Shown piece after piece: positions 37,899 through 46,284 of a stretch of 64,000 nt of DNA (the first letter of the stretch is position 1; every line of letters starts with the position of its first letter). The notes below the pieces were generated by a model. The model was not told the origin of the DNA. It worked only from the letters and a program-made list of their open reading frames with translations, and ran no database searches. A program made the translations under genes and the position numbers. Source of the DNA: a bacterium (lineage in GTDB: Bacteria; UBA4055); NCBI GenBank assembly GCA_029559475.1, contig JAKQBN010000078.1:2986-66985 (forward strand), written 5' to 3'.

Positions 37899-38858
37899 GT
37901 GAGAAAAATGATGAAATACAATGATAAAGCAAATAACTGTGAATATTATAAAGCTACGATAAATTCATTTAATAAATACATTTTGTATTGTGAAAAAATT
38001 TTAAATGGAAAGTTTTATTCTGACAAGATGATTTGCGAAAACATTTTTAGAGAAAAGATAAATTCAAAACATAAGTTTGAGGAATATTTACATAAAAGCA
38101 TTTATATTTCAATGGATTATGTAAAATACTTAAAAGAAACTGTGAATGAAGAAAATATTCATATATATCGGCATACATTAATGTGCTTAAGGATTGATCT
38201 TGAGTGGCTAATAGCAAATTTTGAAAAATATTGGTTGAAATCGGCGGATGGAATTATATTTACAAATGAGCGTAAAAAGAATTTAAATCCATCGGAACTG
38301 TATTTTGCAGCAAAGGCATTGTTTTTTATTGAAGAAAATAAAAATATCCAAGATTTGTATTTACGAGGCTTAAAACCCGCCGCAATGTTTTATATACGGC
38401 AACTAATAGAAGTTTATGGCAGGAATATTTTAGGATATCATTCTATTGAAGATGAAAAAGGTAATCTGAAAAAGCAATTCACTCAATATGCATGGAAATT
38501 TATTAAAGAAGAACTTAAAAAGGACAACCCAAGAATCGAACTACCTTTTGATATTGATATTGTTTTGAGTATTAACAAGTGGGCTAACAGCTTCGTGCAC
38601 TCAACATATCTATACAATAGCTATATACAATTTTATGCCTTAAAAATGGTCAAGATGTTGTTTGATTCTAAAAGGAAGAAGATTAGAGTATATAATGGAC
38701 GCTTAGTAGAGAAGTCTGAATGCAGTGATATAAGGATTACAAATTATGAATCTTTAAAATCTGACTTTGAGAAAAAGTTAAAAGAGATTAGTAAAGCCGA
38801 AGTAATCGTCAACTGGATGAAAGTTGACGATGTTGGGGCTTACATTATTAGCTTATAA
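37899..38858 (+). CDS. Hypothetical helical protein with an Rx5H (HEPN-like?) motif
   Basis: 319-aa AT-rich ORF (GTG at 37899 or ATG at 37908). It contains GRNILGYH (R175..H181) and NKWANSFVHS. No family confidently recognised. Confidence 0.6.
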   Translation: MRKMMKYNDKANNCEYYKATINSFNKYILYCEKILNGKFYSDKMICENIFREKINSKHKFEEYLHKSIYISMDYVKYLKETVNEENIHIYRHTLMCLRIDLEWLIANFEKYWLKSADGIIFTNERKKNLNPSELYFAAKALFFIEENKNIQDLYLRGLKPAAMFYIRQLIEVYGRNILGYHSIEDEKGNLKKQFTQYAWKFIKEELKKDNPRIELPFDIDIVLSINKWANSFVHSTYLYNSYIQFYALKMVKMLFDSKRKKIRVYNGRLVEKSECSDIRITNYESLKSDFEKKLKEISKAEVIVNWMKVDDVGAYIISL

Positions 38859-38896
38859 CATTTAGAAATATCGATTTGACTAAAGTAGGAGTTACA

Positions 38897-39142
38897 ATGC
38901 TAAAAAAAGAATACTTAAAACACAACGGGTTTAATTTCGAAATAAGAATTAATACTATTGATGACAAACATTGTGTCATAGTGTTTATTGATGATTTTCA
39001 GGTGAGCCCGATATATTCAGTTGATATTGGATATGAAAAAGAGTATTTTAAGCAACACGAGGTTAGCTTAGTCAAACAACTTGTAGAAATGGCAAAGAAA
39101 GACATTGAAAACGATATTTTTTTTGGAGGCTGTCAAATATAA
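38897..39142 (+). CDS. Hypothetical small protein (81 aa)
   Basis: I prefer the ATG at 38897, preceded by AAAGTAGGAG, over the TTG at 38876. The stop lies 3 nt before the next gene. Confidence 0.5.
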   Translation: MLKKEYLKHNGFNFEIRINTIDDKHCVIVFIDDFQVSPIYSVDIGYEKEYFKQHEVSLVKQLVEMAKKDIENDIFFGGCQI

Positions 39143-39145
39143 AGA

Positions 39146-39958
39146 ATGTTAAAAAGAAAGAAAAACACAAAAAGAATACAGCATGCGAATTACTATAGAA
39201 TTGTCAAAGTAGTAAAATGTTTTGTAAAAACTAATTGGTTTCATATTATCGCTATTTTCTTCATTGCGTGTATGATATTCTTAAAAAATTTAACAAAAGA
39301 TTGGAGTCCAATAATAAATGTCCCTTGCGATACAATCAATTACTATTGGGATATTTTAATCAGTTTAGGAATCAGTTATACCGCAGGATTTATTTTTTAC
39401 CTATTGGTTGTATATTTTCCAGAGCAGCAAAAACGAACAAATGTGGAAACTAGCCTTAATACTTTATTTAGAACTATCCAAACTAATGCATGTAAATATT
39501 TGGATGAAACCTTCAAGGCTTTTGGGTATGAATTTCCAGCTACTACGAATTTAAAAGATACTTTTTCAAAAAACAACTTGAATAATGACCCTTTCAAAGT
39601 ACTTTCTAATTCAATAACTGAATCAGATATTTTAAATTTATATGAAAACACAAATAATAGATACGAAATAATAATTCAAACTTCTTCAAAGATATTATCA
39701 TGCAGAGATAAATTAATTCCATACATACAATACATGAATAAGGATGAATTAATTTGTTTCTCTGCTTTAGAAGATATAAGAATATTTGATCATATCTCTA
39801 ACCTACCTAAAATTGGATATTATTTTTATGATACTCTTGACGAAGTATTAGATCTTATCAAAAAGACTGAAAAAATATTAGATAGCGACTTTGAATATAT
39901 AGCTGCATATAAAAATCCAGAAAAAGAAATCTATGAAATATTAAATACACATGTATAG
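39146..39958 (+). CDS. Hypothetical 2TM membrane protein (possible pore/effector module)
   Basis: Basic N-terminus, two hydrophobic helices (WFHIIAIFFIACMIFL and ILISLGISYTAGFIFYLLVVYF), then a soluble helical tail of about 175 aa. Confidence 0.6.
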   Translation: MLKRKKNTKRIQHANYYRIVKVVKCFVKTNWFHIIAIFFIACMIFLKNLTKDWSPIINVPCDTINYYWDILISLGISYTAGFIFYLLVVYFPEQQKRTNVETSLNTLFRTIQTNACKYLDETFKAFGYEFPATTNLKDTFSKNNLNNDPFKVLSNSITESDILNLYENTNNRYEIIIQTSSKILSCRDKLIPYIQYMNKDELICFSALEDIRIFDHISNLPKIGYYFYDTLDEVLDLIKKTEKILDSDFEYIAAYKNPEKEIYEILNTHV

Positions 39959-40062
39959 GATTGTCAGAATGCCTTTAATTCTTTTATATTACTGCCGTTA
40001 TTACAATGCTGAATTATTTTTGTACGATTATCAAAATAACAACTGACTTAAAGGATAGAATT

Positions 40063-41715
40063 ATGCATATAAAGCAAATCTTAGAAAACACTCTCACTAA
40101 CCTCATCCAGACTTGGGAAAACGAGGTTATTGAGTTCAAGGAAGCGAACGATAATTTTCCGACTTCGGATATCGGGAAGTATTTTTCTGCTTTATCGAAT
40201 GAAGCTAACTTGAAGGAGAAAGAGCGTGCTTGGCTTGTGTTCGGCGTTCATAATAAAACTCGAAAGATAGTCGGTACTGATTATAGGATGGAACCGGAAA
40301 GGCTTCATAGCCTTAAAATGCAGATTTCGCAGAGAACAGAGCCGAGTGTTACTTTCCGTAATATTCACGAAGTTTACACAGACGGTTTAAGGGTGATTCT
40401 ATTTGAAATTCCTTCTGCACCGGTTGGTATTCCTATTTCGTGGAACGGACATTATTATTCTCGTTCCGGTGAGAGCTTGGTTTCTCTCGGTTTGAATAAG
40501 CTCGATGAGATCAGAAAGCAGACTGCGGCATCAGATTGGACTGCAAAGGTAGTTGATGAAGCTACGCTTGATCATCTTGACCCTGATGCTATTGAGAAGG
40601 CTCGTGAGGCTTACGGAGAAAAATATTCAAACCGCTTTTCAGAATCAGAAATAAAAAAATGGTCTTTGCCTGTTTTTCTCGACAGGGCAAGGCTGACGAT
40701 ATCGGGTAAGATCACAAGGACGACTTTGATTCTTCTCGGTAAAAAAGAATCTTCGCATTTCCTTCTTCCTTATCCGTCTCAGATCACATGGAAACTTGTT
40801 GACAAAGAAAAGGCTTACGAACATTTCGCACCGCCTTTTTTGTTGAGTACCACTGAGCTTTATCAAAAAATAAGAAATTATCAGATCAGAATTCTACCTG
40901 AAAACAGCCTGATCCCCGTTGAAGTTTCCAAATACAAACAGAAAGTAATTCTTGAAGCTCTTCATAACTGTATAGCTCATCAGGATTATACAAAGAATTC
41001 CAGAATTATCGTAACGGAGTATGTGGATAAACTTTCCTTTGAGAATGTCGGCAGTTTTTATGAGGGTAATCCTGAAGATTATATCTCCGGATCAAAAACA
41101 CCTCACAGTTATAGAAATTCATTTCTCGCTCAGGCAATGGCTGAACTAAAAATGATAGATACATTAGGCTACGGCATTCATGAAATGAATACGGAACAGG
41201 CGAAAAGATATTTCCCTCTGCCTGATTATGATCTTTCGGAGCCGGGAGTTGTCAAAGTTTCGATATACGGTAAAGTATTCGATCCTGCTTACAGCAACCT
41301 GCTCATTCAGAATCCCGAACTTGCATTAGAGGATATTATAGCTCTTGACAGAGTACAGAAAAAGCTTCCTTTGACGGATGAAATGATTAAAAGGTTGAGG
41401 TCAGCTCAGCTTATAGAAGGCCGGAAGCCGAACTTTCACATATCGTTAAAAGTAGCGAAAGTGACAGACAAGAAAGTTGACTATATAAAAACCAAAGGCT
41501 TTGATGATTCATACTGTAAAGACTTGATCCTTGAGTTCATAAAAAAGTGGGGTGAAATATCCCGCAAACAAGCTGAAGATCTTCTTTGGGATAAATTACC
41601 TGATATTTTAGATGATAAAGCTAAAAAAATAAAAGTAATGAATGTGTTACAATCACTGCGGAAAAAAGAAAAGATATTTCTCGATGAAGGGAAAAAGTGG
41701 AAAATCGTGAAGTAA
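40063..41715 (+). CDS. Schlafen/AlbA_2-domain plus HATPase_c_4-like plus wHTH protein (often mis-annotated as RecG-like; putative regulator)
   Basis: N-terminal E.EVIEFKEA...SALSNE...LVFGV is the AlbA_2 pattern. The central EALHNCIAHQDY motif is also present. I prefer the start at 40063 (MHIKQ, AAAGGA upstream). Confidence 0.7.
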   Translation: MHIKQILENTLTNLIQTWENEVIEFKEANDNFPTSDIGKYFSALSNEANLKEKERAWLVFGVHNKTRKIVGTDYRMEPERLHSLKMQISQRTEPSVTFRNIHEVYTDGLRVILFEIPSAPVGIPISWNGHYYSRSGESLVSLGLNKLDEIRKQTAASDWTAKVVDEATLDHLDPDAIEKAREAYGEKYSNRFSESEIKKWSLPVFLDRARLTISGKITRTTLILLGKKESSHFLLPYPSQITWKLVDKEKAYEHFAPPFLLSTTELYQKIRNYQIRILPENSLIPVEVSKYKQKVILEALHNCIAHQDYTKNSRIIVTEYVDKLSFENVGSFYEGNPEDYISGSKTPHSYRNSFLAQAMAELKMIDTLGYGIHEMNTEQAKRYFPLPDYDLSEPGVVKVSIYGKVFDPAYSNLLIQNPELALEDIIALDRVQKKLPLTDEMIKRLRSAQLIEGRKPNFHISLKVAKVTDKKVDYIKTKGFDDSYCKDLILEFIKKWGEISRKQAEDLLWDKLPDILDDKAKKIKVMNVLQSLRKKEKIFLDEGKKWKIVK

Positions 41716-41721
41716 AAATTT

Positions 41722-41848
41722 ATGCGAACTTTTGGTAAGTTTTTATGCGAAAATGTCACTATTTATTCGATTTTATAGCTAAAAGTGTAAAAAAGATAAT
41801 GCGAAAATAATGCGAAAATAATGCGAACTTATGAGAACCTTATGCGAA
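41722..41848 (+). repeat. Array of six perfect ATGCGAA heptamers (plus one degenerate copy)
   Basis: ATGCGAA occurs at 41722, 41745, 41799, 41810, 41821 and 41842, with ATGAGAA at 41831. Three copies are spaced exactly 11 bp apart (41799/41810/41821). Confidence 0.8.
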
Positions 41849-42020
41849 CTAATGACCTGTACGATAAAATCGTACAACTGAAGAAAGATAATCCCTATTG
41901 CAGAAAGGTTTGCAGAAAGATAATCCCATTTTGGAGATTTGGGGTTTGCCTGAGATTTACTTGTTTAAAGCTAAAAGTTTTAGCTTCTTCCTCGCAGGCT
42001 GGACTAGTTACAGATTGGGG

Positions 42021-42134
42021 TACTTGGCTCAATGGGTATGAGTAACAAATTGCAACGACCTTCAACATTGGCTATATGTCGCGGCGAGGGGAAGTTATTT
42101 GCCGCGCTTATAGCCATGACCGTTAGCTGAATCG
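42021..42134. repeat. Right copy of the inverted repeat bracketing the accessory segment
   Basis: See the left copy. It contains TACTTGGCTCAATGG, ACAAATTGCAACGACCTTCAACATTGGCTATA, the imperfect hairpin GGCTATA..CGCGGC/GCCGCG..TATAGCC (42070-42115), and CGTTAGCTGAATCG. Confidence 0.75.
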
Positions 42135-42290
42135 TTTTTTTACAAGGAATTTCATTTTCGGTATCTATGGGTCCGAAAGACCTTGATCCTCCCGTTTTTA
42201 CCTGTCATACGTGAGTCTATTGTATTCCATTTTGAATTTTGTGCGATTTGTAATTGAGTTTAATATTTTTTTTTCATACCTTACGGGTCA

Positions 42291-43190
42291 ATGAAAGAAG
42301 ATTACAAAAAATATCTCGATCCGGAATTCATCGCATCATTTTCTAACCTGAGCCTGACGACAAAAATGATCCTGAAGGGATATATGCTCGGAATCCATTC
42401 GAGCCCGATGAAGGGATTTTCCGCGGAGTTTTCCGACCGTAAACAGTACAACGACGGAGATTCCACGCGGTTCATCGATTGGAAGATTTACGGCAGAACG
42501 GAAAAATATTATTTGAAACAGTTCGAGGATGAAACGAATATCTACGCGAACATTTTCCTGGATAGATCTGCTTCTATGAATTTCAGGTCTGAGAAATTCT
42601 CTTATTCTAAACTCGACTACGGCAGACAGCTCGCTGCGGCTATTGCGACGATATTTATAAATCAGAAAGACGCTGTCGGATTCGGAAATTATGCCGATAC
42701 GCTCAAAGATTATTTACCGCAAAGATCATCAAAGCAGCATCTGAAGAACATTCTTGTGAACATCGACAGAAATGAAGTTTATCCTGCAGAAAAAACTTTT
42801 ACTTCTTTTGATGAAATAAGCAATAAACTCAGTAAATCCGGAATTCTTGTAATAATCACAGACCTGCTTGAAGAAAGCAAGAACATTATTGACAGAATAC
42901 TTACATTACAGAAAAAGCAGCAGGACATCATTGTTTTCATGATCGCTGACGACGATGAATACAGCCTCCAGCTCGGAGATCATCTTAATCTGATAGATTC
43001 AGAGACCGGAGAGAAGCTCGTTCTGAAAACGTCATTACTTAATAAAAAATATAAAGCGGTTTATGATGAACATATAAATAAATTCAGAAAAGTGTTTACT
43101 GAAAAGAAAATTTATTTTACATTTGTGACAACGAGAACGCCTTTCCATCTTCCGCTTAGAGAGATCGTTCTTGTGCGCGGTAAAAAATAA
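42291..43190 (+). CDS. DUF58 domain protein (vWA-like, usually MoxR-associated)
   Basis: G.H.S...G.S.EF...R.Y..GD..R.IDWK...R pattern ([36 protein letters not shown]) typical of DUF58. No MoxR ATPase lies adjacent. Confidence 0.75.
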   Translation: MKEDYKKYLDPEFIASFSNLSLTTKMILKGYMLGIHSSPMKGFSAEFSDRKQYNDGDSTRFIDWKIYGRTEKYYLKQFEDETNIYANIFLDRSASMNFRSEKFSYSKLDYGRQLAAAIATIFINQKDAVGFGNYADTLKDYLPQRSSKQHLKNILVNIDRNEVYPAEKTFTSFDEISNKLSKSGILVIITDLLEESKNIIDRILTLQKKQQDIIVFMIADDDEYSLQLGDHLNLIDSETGEKLVLKTSLLNKKYKAVYDEHINKFRKVFTEKKIYFTFVTTRTPFHLPLREIVLVRGKK

Positions 43191-43198
43191 CAGGAGAA

Positions 43199-44623
43199 AT
43201 GATGAAGAAGTACATCGACGAAAAAATACCTTACAAAGTTAAAGATATTAGCCTCGCTGATTTCGGCAGGAAAGAAATAGATATTGCGGAAAAAGAGATG
43301 CCGGGACTCATGTCGATCAGAAAAAAATATGCGCCGAAAAAACCTTTAAAAGGCGTGAGGATCACAGGATCATTGCATATGACGATACAGACAGCTGTGC
43401 TTATAGAAACTCTCGTTGATCTCGGAGCAGCTGTAAGATGGTCGAGCTGCAATATTTTCTCTACCCAGGATCACGCCGCTTCAGCCATAGCAAAGGCAGG
43501 AATTCCCGTATTCGCGTGGAAAGGAGAAACGCTGGATGAATTCTGGTGGTGTACAGCTCAGGCTTTATCGTTTCCGGGAGGTAAAGGACCTCAGCTCATA
43601 GTTGACGACGGCGGTGATGCCACTTTGATGTTCCACAAAGGTTATTTCGGCGAAAAAGATCCCGCGATTCTTAATGAAAAGTTATCAGGCGCTGACGGAA
43701 AAGCCTTATTGAGATCATTAAAACTAATTCTGGCTGAAGATAAAGATAAATGGCAGAGATGCTCAAAAGATTTGAAAGGCGTTTCTGAAGAAACCACAAC
43801 AGGAGTTCACAGGCTGTATAAAATGCACGAAAAGAAAGAGCTTTTAATTCCGGCTATAAATGTGAACGACTCGGTAACGAAATCAAAATTCGATAATCTT
43901 TACGGCTGCAGGGAATCTCTGCCGGACGGGATCAAGAGAGCGACAGACGTGATGCTCGCGGGTAAAGTTGCGGTCGTCTGCGGTTACGGCGATGTCGGAA
44001 AAGGTTCAGCGAGATCTTTAAGAAATTACGGCGCGAGAGTAATAGTCACAGAGATCGATCCCATCTGCGCTCTTCAGGCAGCTATGGAAGGTTATGAAGT
44101 GGCAACTGTCGAGGATACACTCGGCAAGGGCGACCTTTATGTTACAACTACAGGGAACAAAGACGTGATCACGCTTGATCACATGCTTAAAATGAAAGAT
44201 CAGGCTATCGTGTGCAATATCGGACATTTCGATAATGAGATACAGGTCGATAAGCTCGAAGACTGCAAATTTCTTAAGAAGAAGACAAATATTAAACCTC
44301 AGGTAGATAAATATACATTCAAAAACGGGCACGAAATATTTCTGCTGGCCGAAGGAAGACTCGTAAATCTCGGATGCGCGACAGGGCATCCTTCTTTCGT
44401 AATGAGCAACTCATTCTCCAATCAGGTTCTTGCCCAGATGGATCTTTGGAAAAACAAATATAAGACCGGCGTTTACAGGCTGTCAAAACAGGCTGATGAA
44501 GAGGTCGCGAGGCTTCATCTTGAAAAGATCGGCGTAAAACTTACAAAATTAACAAAAGAACAGGCTGATTATATCGGAGTTAAGCAGGATGGACCTTATA
44601 AAGCCGAACATTACAGATACTAA
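43199..44623 (+). CDS. ahcY: Adenosylhomocysteinase
   Basis: [37 protein letters not shown], and the NAD motif GYGDVGKG. 474 aa. Confidence 0.92.
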   Translation: MMKKYIDEKIPYKVKDISLADFGRKEIDIAEKEMPGLMSIRKKYAPKKPLKGVRITGSLHMTIQTAVLIETLVDLGAAVRWSSCNIFSTQDHAASAIAKAGIPVFAWKGETLDEFWWCTAQALSFPGGKGPQLIVDDGGDATLMFHKGYFGEKDPAILNEKLSGADGKALLRSLKLILAEDKDKWQRCSKDLKGVSEETTTGVHRLYKMHEKKELLIPAINVNDSVTKSKFDNLYGCRESLPDGIKRATDVMLAGKVAVVCGYGDVGKGSARSLRNYGARVIVTEIDPICALQAAMEGYEVATVEDTLGKGDLYVTTTGNKDVITLDHMLKMKDQAIVCNIGHFDNEIQVDKLEDCKFLKKKTNIKPQVDKYTFKNGHEIFLLAEGRLVNLGCATGHPSFVMSNSFSNQVLAQMDLWKNKYKTGVYRLSKQADEEVARLHLEKIGVKLTKLTKEQADYIGVKQDGPYKAEHYRY

Positions 44624-44651
44624 TTTAAATTTTATTGACGGAGTAACAAAA

Positions 44652-45710
44652 ATGAAAAAAATAATTTTAAGTCTGATCCTGATATATCTTTCAGCATTTT
44701 CACAGGCTTATGAAGAACTTGCCGGTACTGAATTCTACTTTCTTAGAAGCCACGGAACAAGGCTTGAAGCAATGGGAAAAACTGCCTGCGCGGTTTCCGA
44801 CGACATCAACTCGGCTTTTTATAATCCGGCAATGCTGTCTTCAGATCCTGCAACCGTAACTGTCACAGGTTCAATCTATAAACCGATGTTTACATTTGAA
44901 GACAGCGAGTACAGATCGGCGGGAGCTGCCCTGAAAATATTCAACAGATTAAAATTGGGGTTCTTTTATAACGAAATGACTTACGGACAGGATATTTCTG
45001 TTCCTCTTGACACATTAGGCGGTTCTATCAGCTATGAACCTGAATTAAAGTCGTATAATGCTTCGCTCGCATTTAAAGCAGGCAGACAGTTCTCTATCGG
45101 GATCGGCGGAAATATGGTCGAATTCGACATTATCGGCAGCGACGGAATGCCGAGAACAGAACGTCGTAGCGGGCTTGATGCGGGTATTTCGGCAATATTG
45201 AATTATTCCAAGAATTCGAGTTTCAGAGAAAGGACTACGGCAGCGCTTTCGATCAAGAACGTGATCAAAGAAAATGAAGGCGGTTACGCGCTGCCAACCG
45301 TTTTTTACGCCGGGATTGAATCTACTATTCTACCGAGGATCAGAAATCCTTTCGGCGATTTCTGGGCGCTTATAATAAATCTGAACGGTGATTACCAGAG
45401 CGAGATCGACGGCTTTCACAGTATGGCCGGTGCAGGCGCTGAATTCCTGATATCTGAAATGATCGCTTTAAGAGCGGGAATCTTTAAACAGAAAATAAAT
45501 GAGAATTCACCCAGCAAATATATGCAGCAGATCACTTACGGAGCAGGGCTGAACATACCGCTATACAGATTCAGCAGCATTGATATTCCCGTCCTTATAA
45601 AGATCGATTACTGCAATATGAAAGCTCCTGAAATTGAAGATTTTGCAGGCGACATAGATAATTTTAACAGCATCGCTCTTACAGTTGAGTGGAGAAGATC
45701 GGTAGAATAG
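44652..45710 (+). CDS. Outer-membrane beta-barrel protein, PorV/PorQ-like
   Basis: I prefer the start at 44652 (MKKIILSL.. signal peptide). The N-terminal motif G.R..AMG....AVSDD.NS.FYNPAML resembles the PorV/PorQ/FadL-like family. Confidence 0.5.
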   Translation: MKKIILSLILIYLSAFSQAYEELAGTEFYFLRSHGTRLEAMGKTACAVSDDINSAFYNPAMLSSDPATVTVTGSIYKPMFTFEDSEYRSAGAALKIFNRLKLGFFYNEMTYGQDISVPLDTLGGSISYEPELKSYNASLAFKAGRQFSIGIGGNMVEFDIIGSDGMPRTERRSGLDAGISAILNYSKNSSFRERTTAALSIKNVIKENEGGYALPTVFYAGIESTILPRIRNPFGDFWALIINLNGDYQSEIDGFHSMAGAGAEFLISEMIALRAGIFKQKINENSPSKYMQQITYGAGLNIPLYRFSSIDIPVLIKIDYCNMKAPEIEDFAGDIDNFNSIALTVEWRRSVE

Positions 45711-45717
45711 CCCGAAT

Positions 45718-46284
45718 TTATTTAAAAAGTATCTTCACCGCGATGGCATCGCCGGTGATCCTGACTGAACCTGACATGAAGTCTGAGATATGCAATAGCT
45801 CAAAATAATTTATTGTTAACACCTTATTACCAAATTCCGCTTCAGCTGAATCTCCGCAGCAGAAGATAAATAATTCTCCGCTGTTCTCAGACAGAACAAC
45901 TTCTCCGTTCACAGCTATAACTTCAGTCTGACAGACTTCACGCAGCGTCATTACGTTAAAATCCTTTATGGGTCCGCAGCATAATTCGGCAGTCGTCTTC
46001 AGATCACCCGAAAATACGGCCATATCTGAGTAACCTCTTATTTTATGAGATGTACCGTCAGAATGTTTTAAATCCACACCGTTGCCTTCTAGCATCATCA
46101 GCACTCTGTCATAACCTGAAAAATCCGAAAAGGGACCGTTTTCGGTTACTCCAGCAATACTTAAACGGAAAATAAATTCGTCCTTTCCCTCTTCACTTCT
46201 GATATAAAGTTCCCGGGTTGTTCCCTTACCGTTCTTCCACGGCATACTTTTATATTTATCAGGAGTGATTGTTTCGTATCTCAT
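45718..46284 (-). CDS. hutD: HutD/Ves family protein
   Basis: MPWKNGKGTTRELY and a cupin-like remainder. 188 aa. There is a 4-nt overlap with the upstream gene. Confidence 0.65.
   Translation of the reverse strand: MRYETITPDKYKSMPWKNGKGTTRELYIRSEEGKDEFIFRLSIAGVTENGPFSDFSGYDRVLMMLEGNGVDLKHSDGTSHKIRGYSDMAVFSGDLKTTAELCCGPIKDFNVMTLREVCQTEVIAVNGEVVLSENSGELFIFCCGDSAEAEFGNKVLTINYFELLHISDFMSGSVRITGDAIAVKILFK

Noticed and set aside
37002-41715. Canonical Thoeris (ThsA/ThsB), CBASS or Pycsar
   Set aside because: No SIR2, SLOG or Macro ThsA-like domain is recognisable in the neighbouring proteins, and neither is a CD-NTase or a pyrimidine cyclase. Only the TIR domain and a 2TM protein fit the general logic.
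41722-41848. Possible CRISPR array
   Set aside because: The repeat unit is only 7-10 bp, spacing is irregular (11-54 bp), there are no uniform spacers, and no cas genes occur anywhere in the window.
41821-42045. 74-aa ORF (MRTYENLMRTND...) in the ORF track
   Set aside because: Its N-terminus is simply the ATGCGAAC heptamer array read in frame, and the rest is Cys/Trp/Leu-rich junk running into the right inverted repeat. It has no SD. I treat it as non-coding repeat DNA.
31063-42134. Canonical IS element, composite transposon, ICE or prophage
   Set aside because: I found no transposase, integrase, recombinase, relaxase or phage structural gene between or beside the inverted repeats. The tRNA-Pro genes are 23 kb away. 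Mobility therefore remains only an inference from the repeats and composition.
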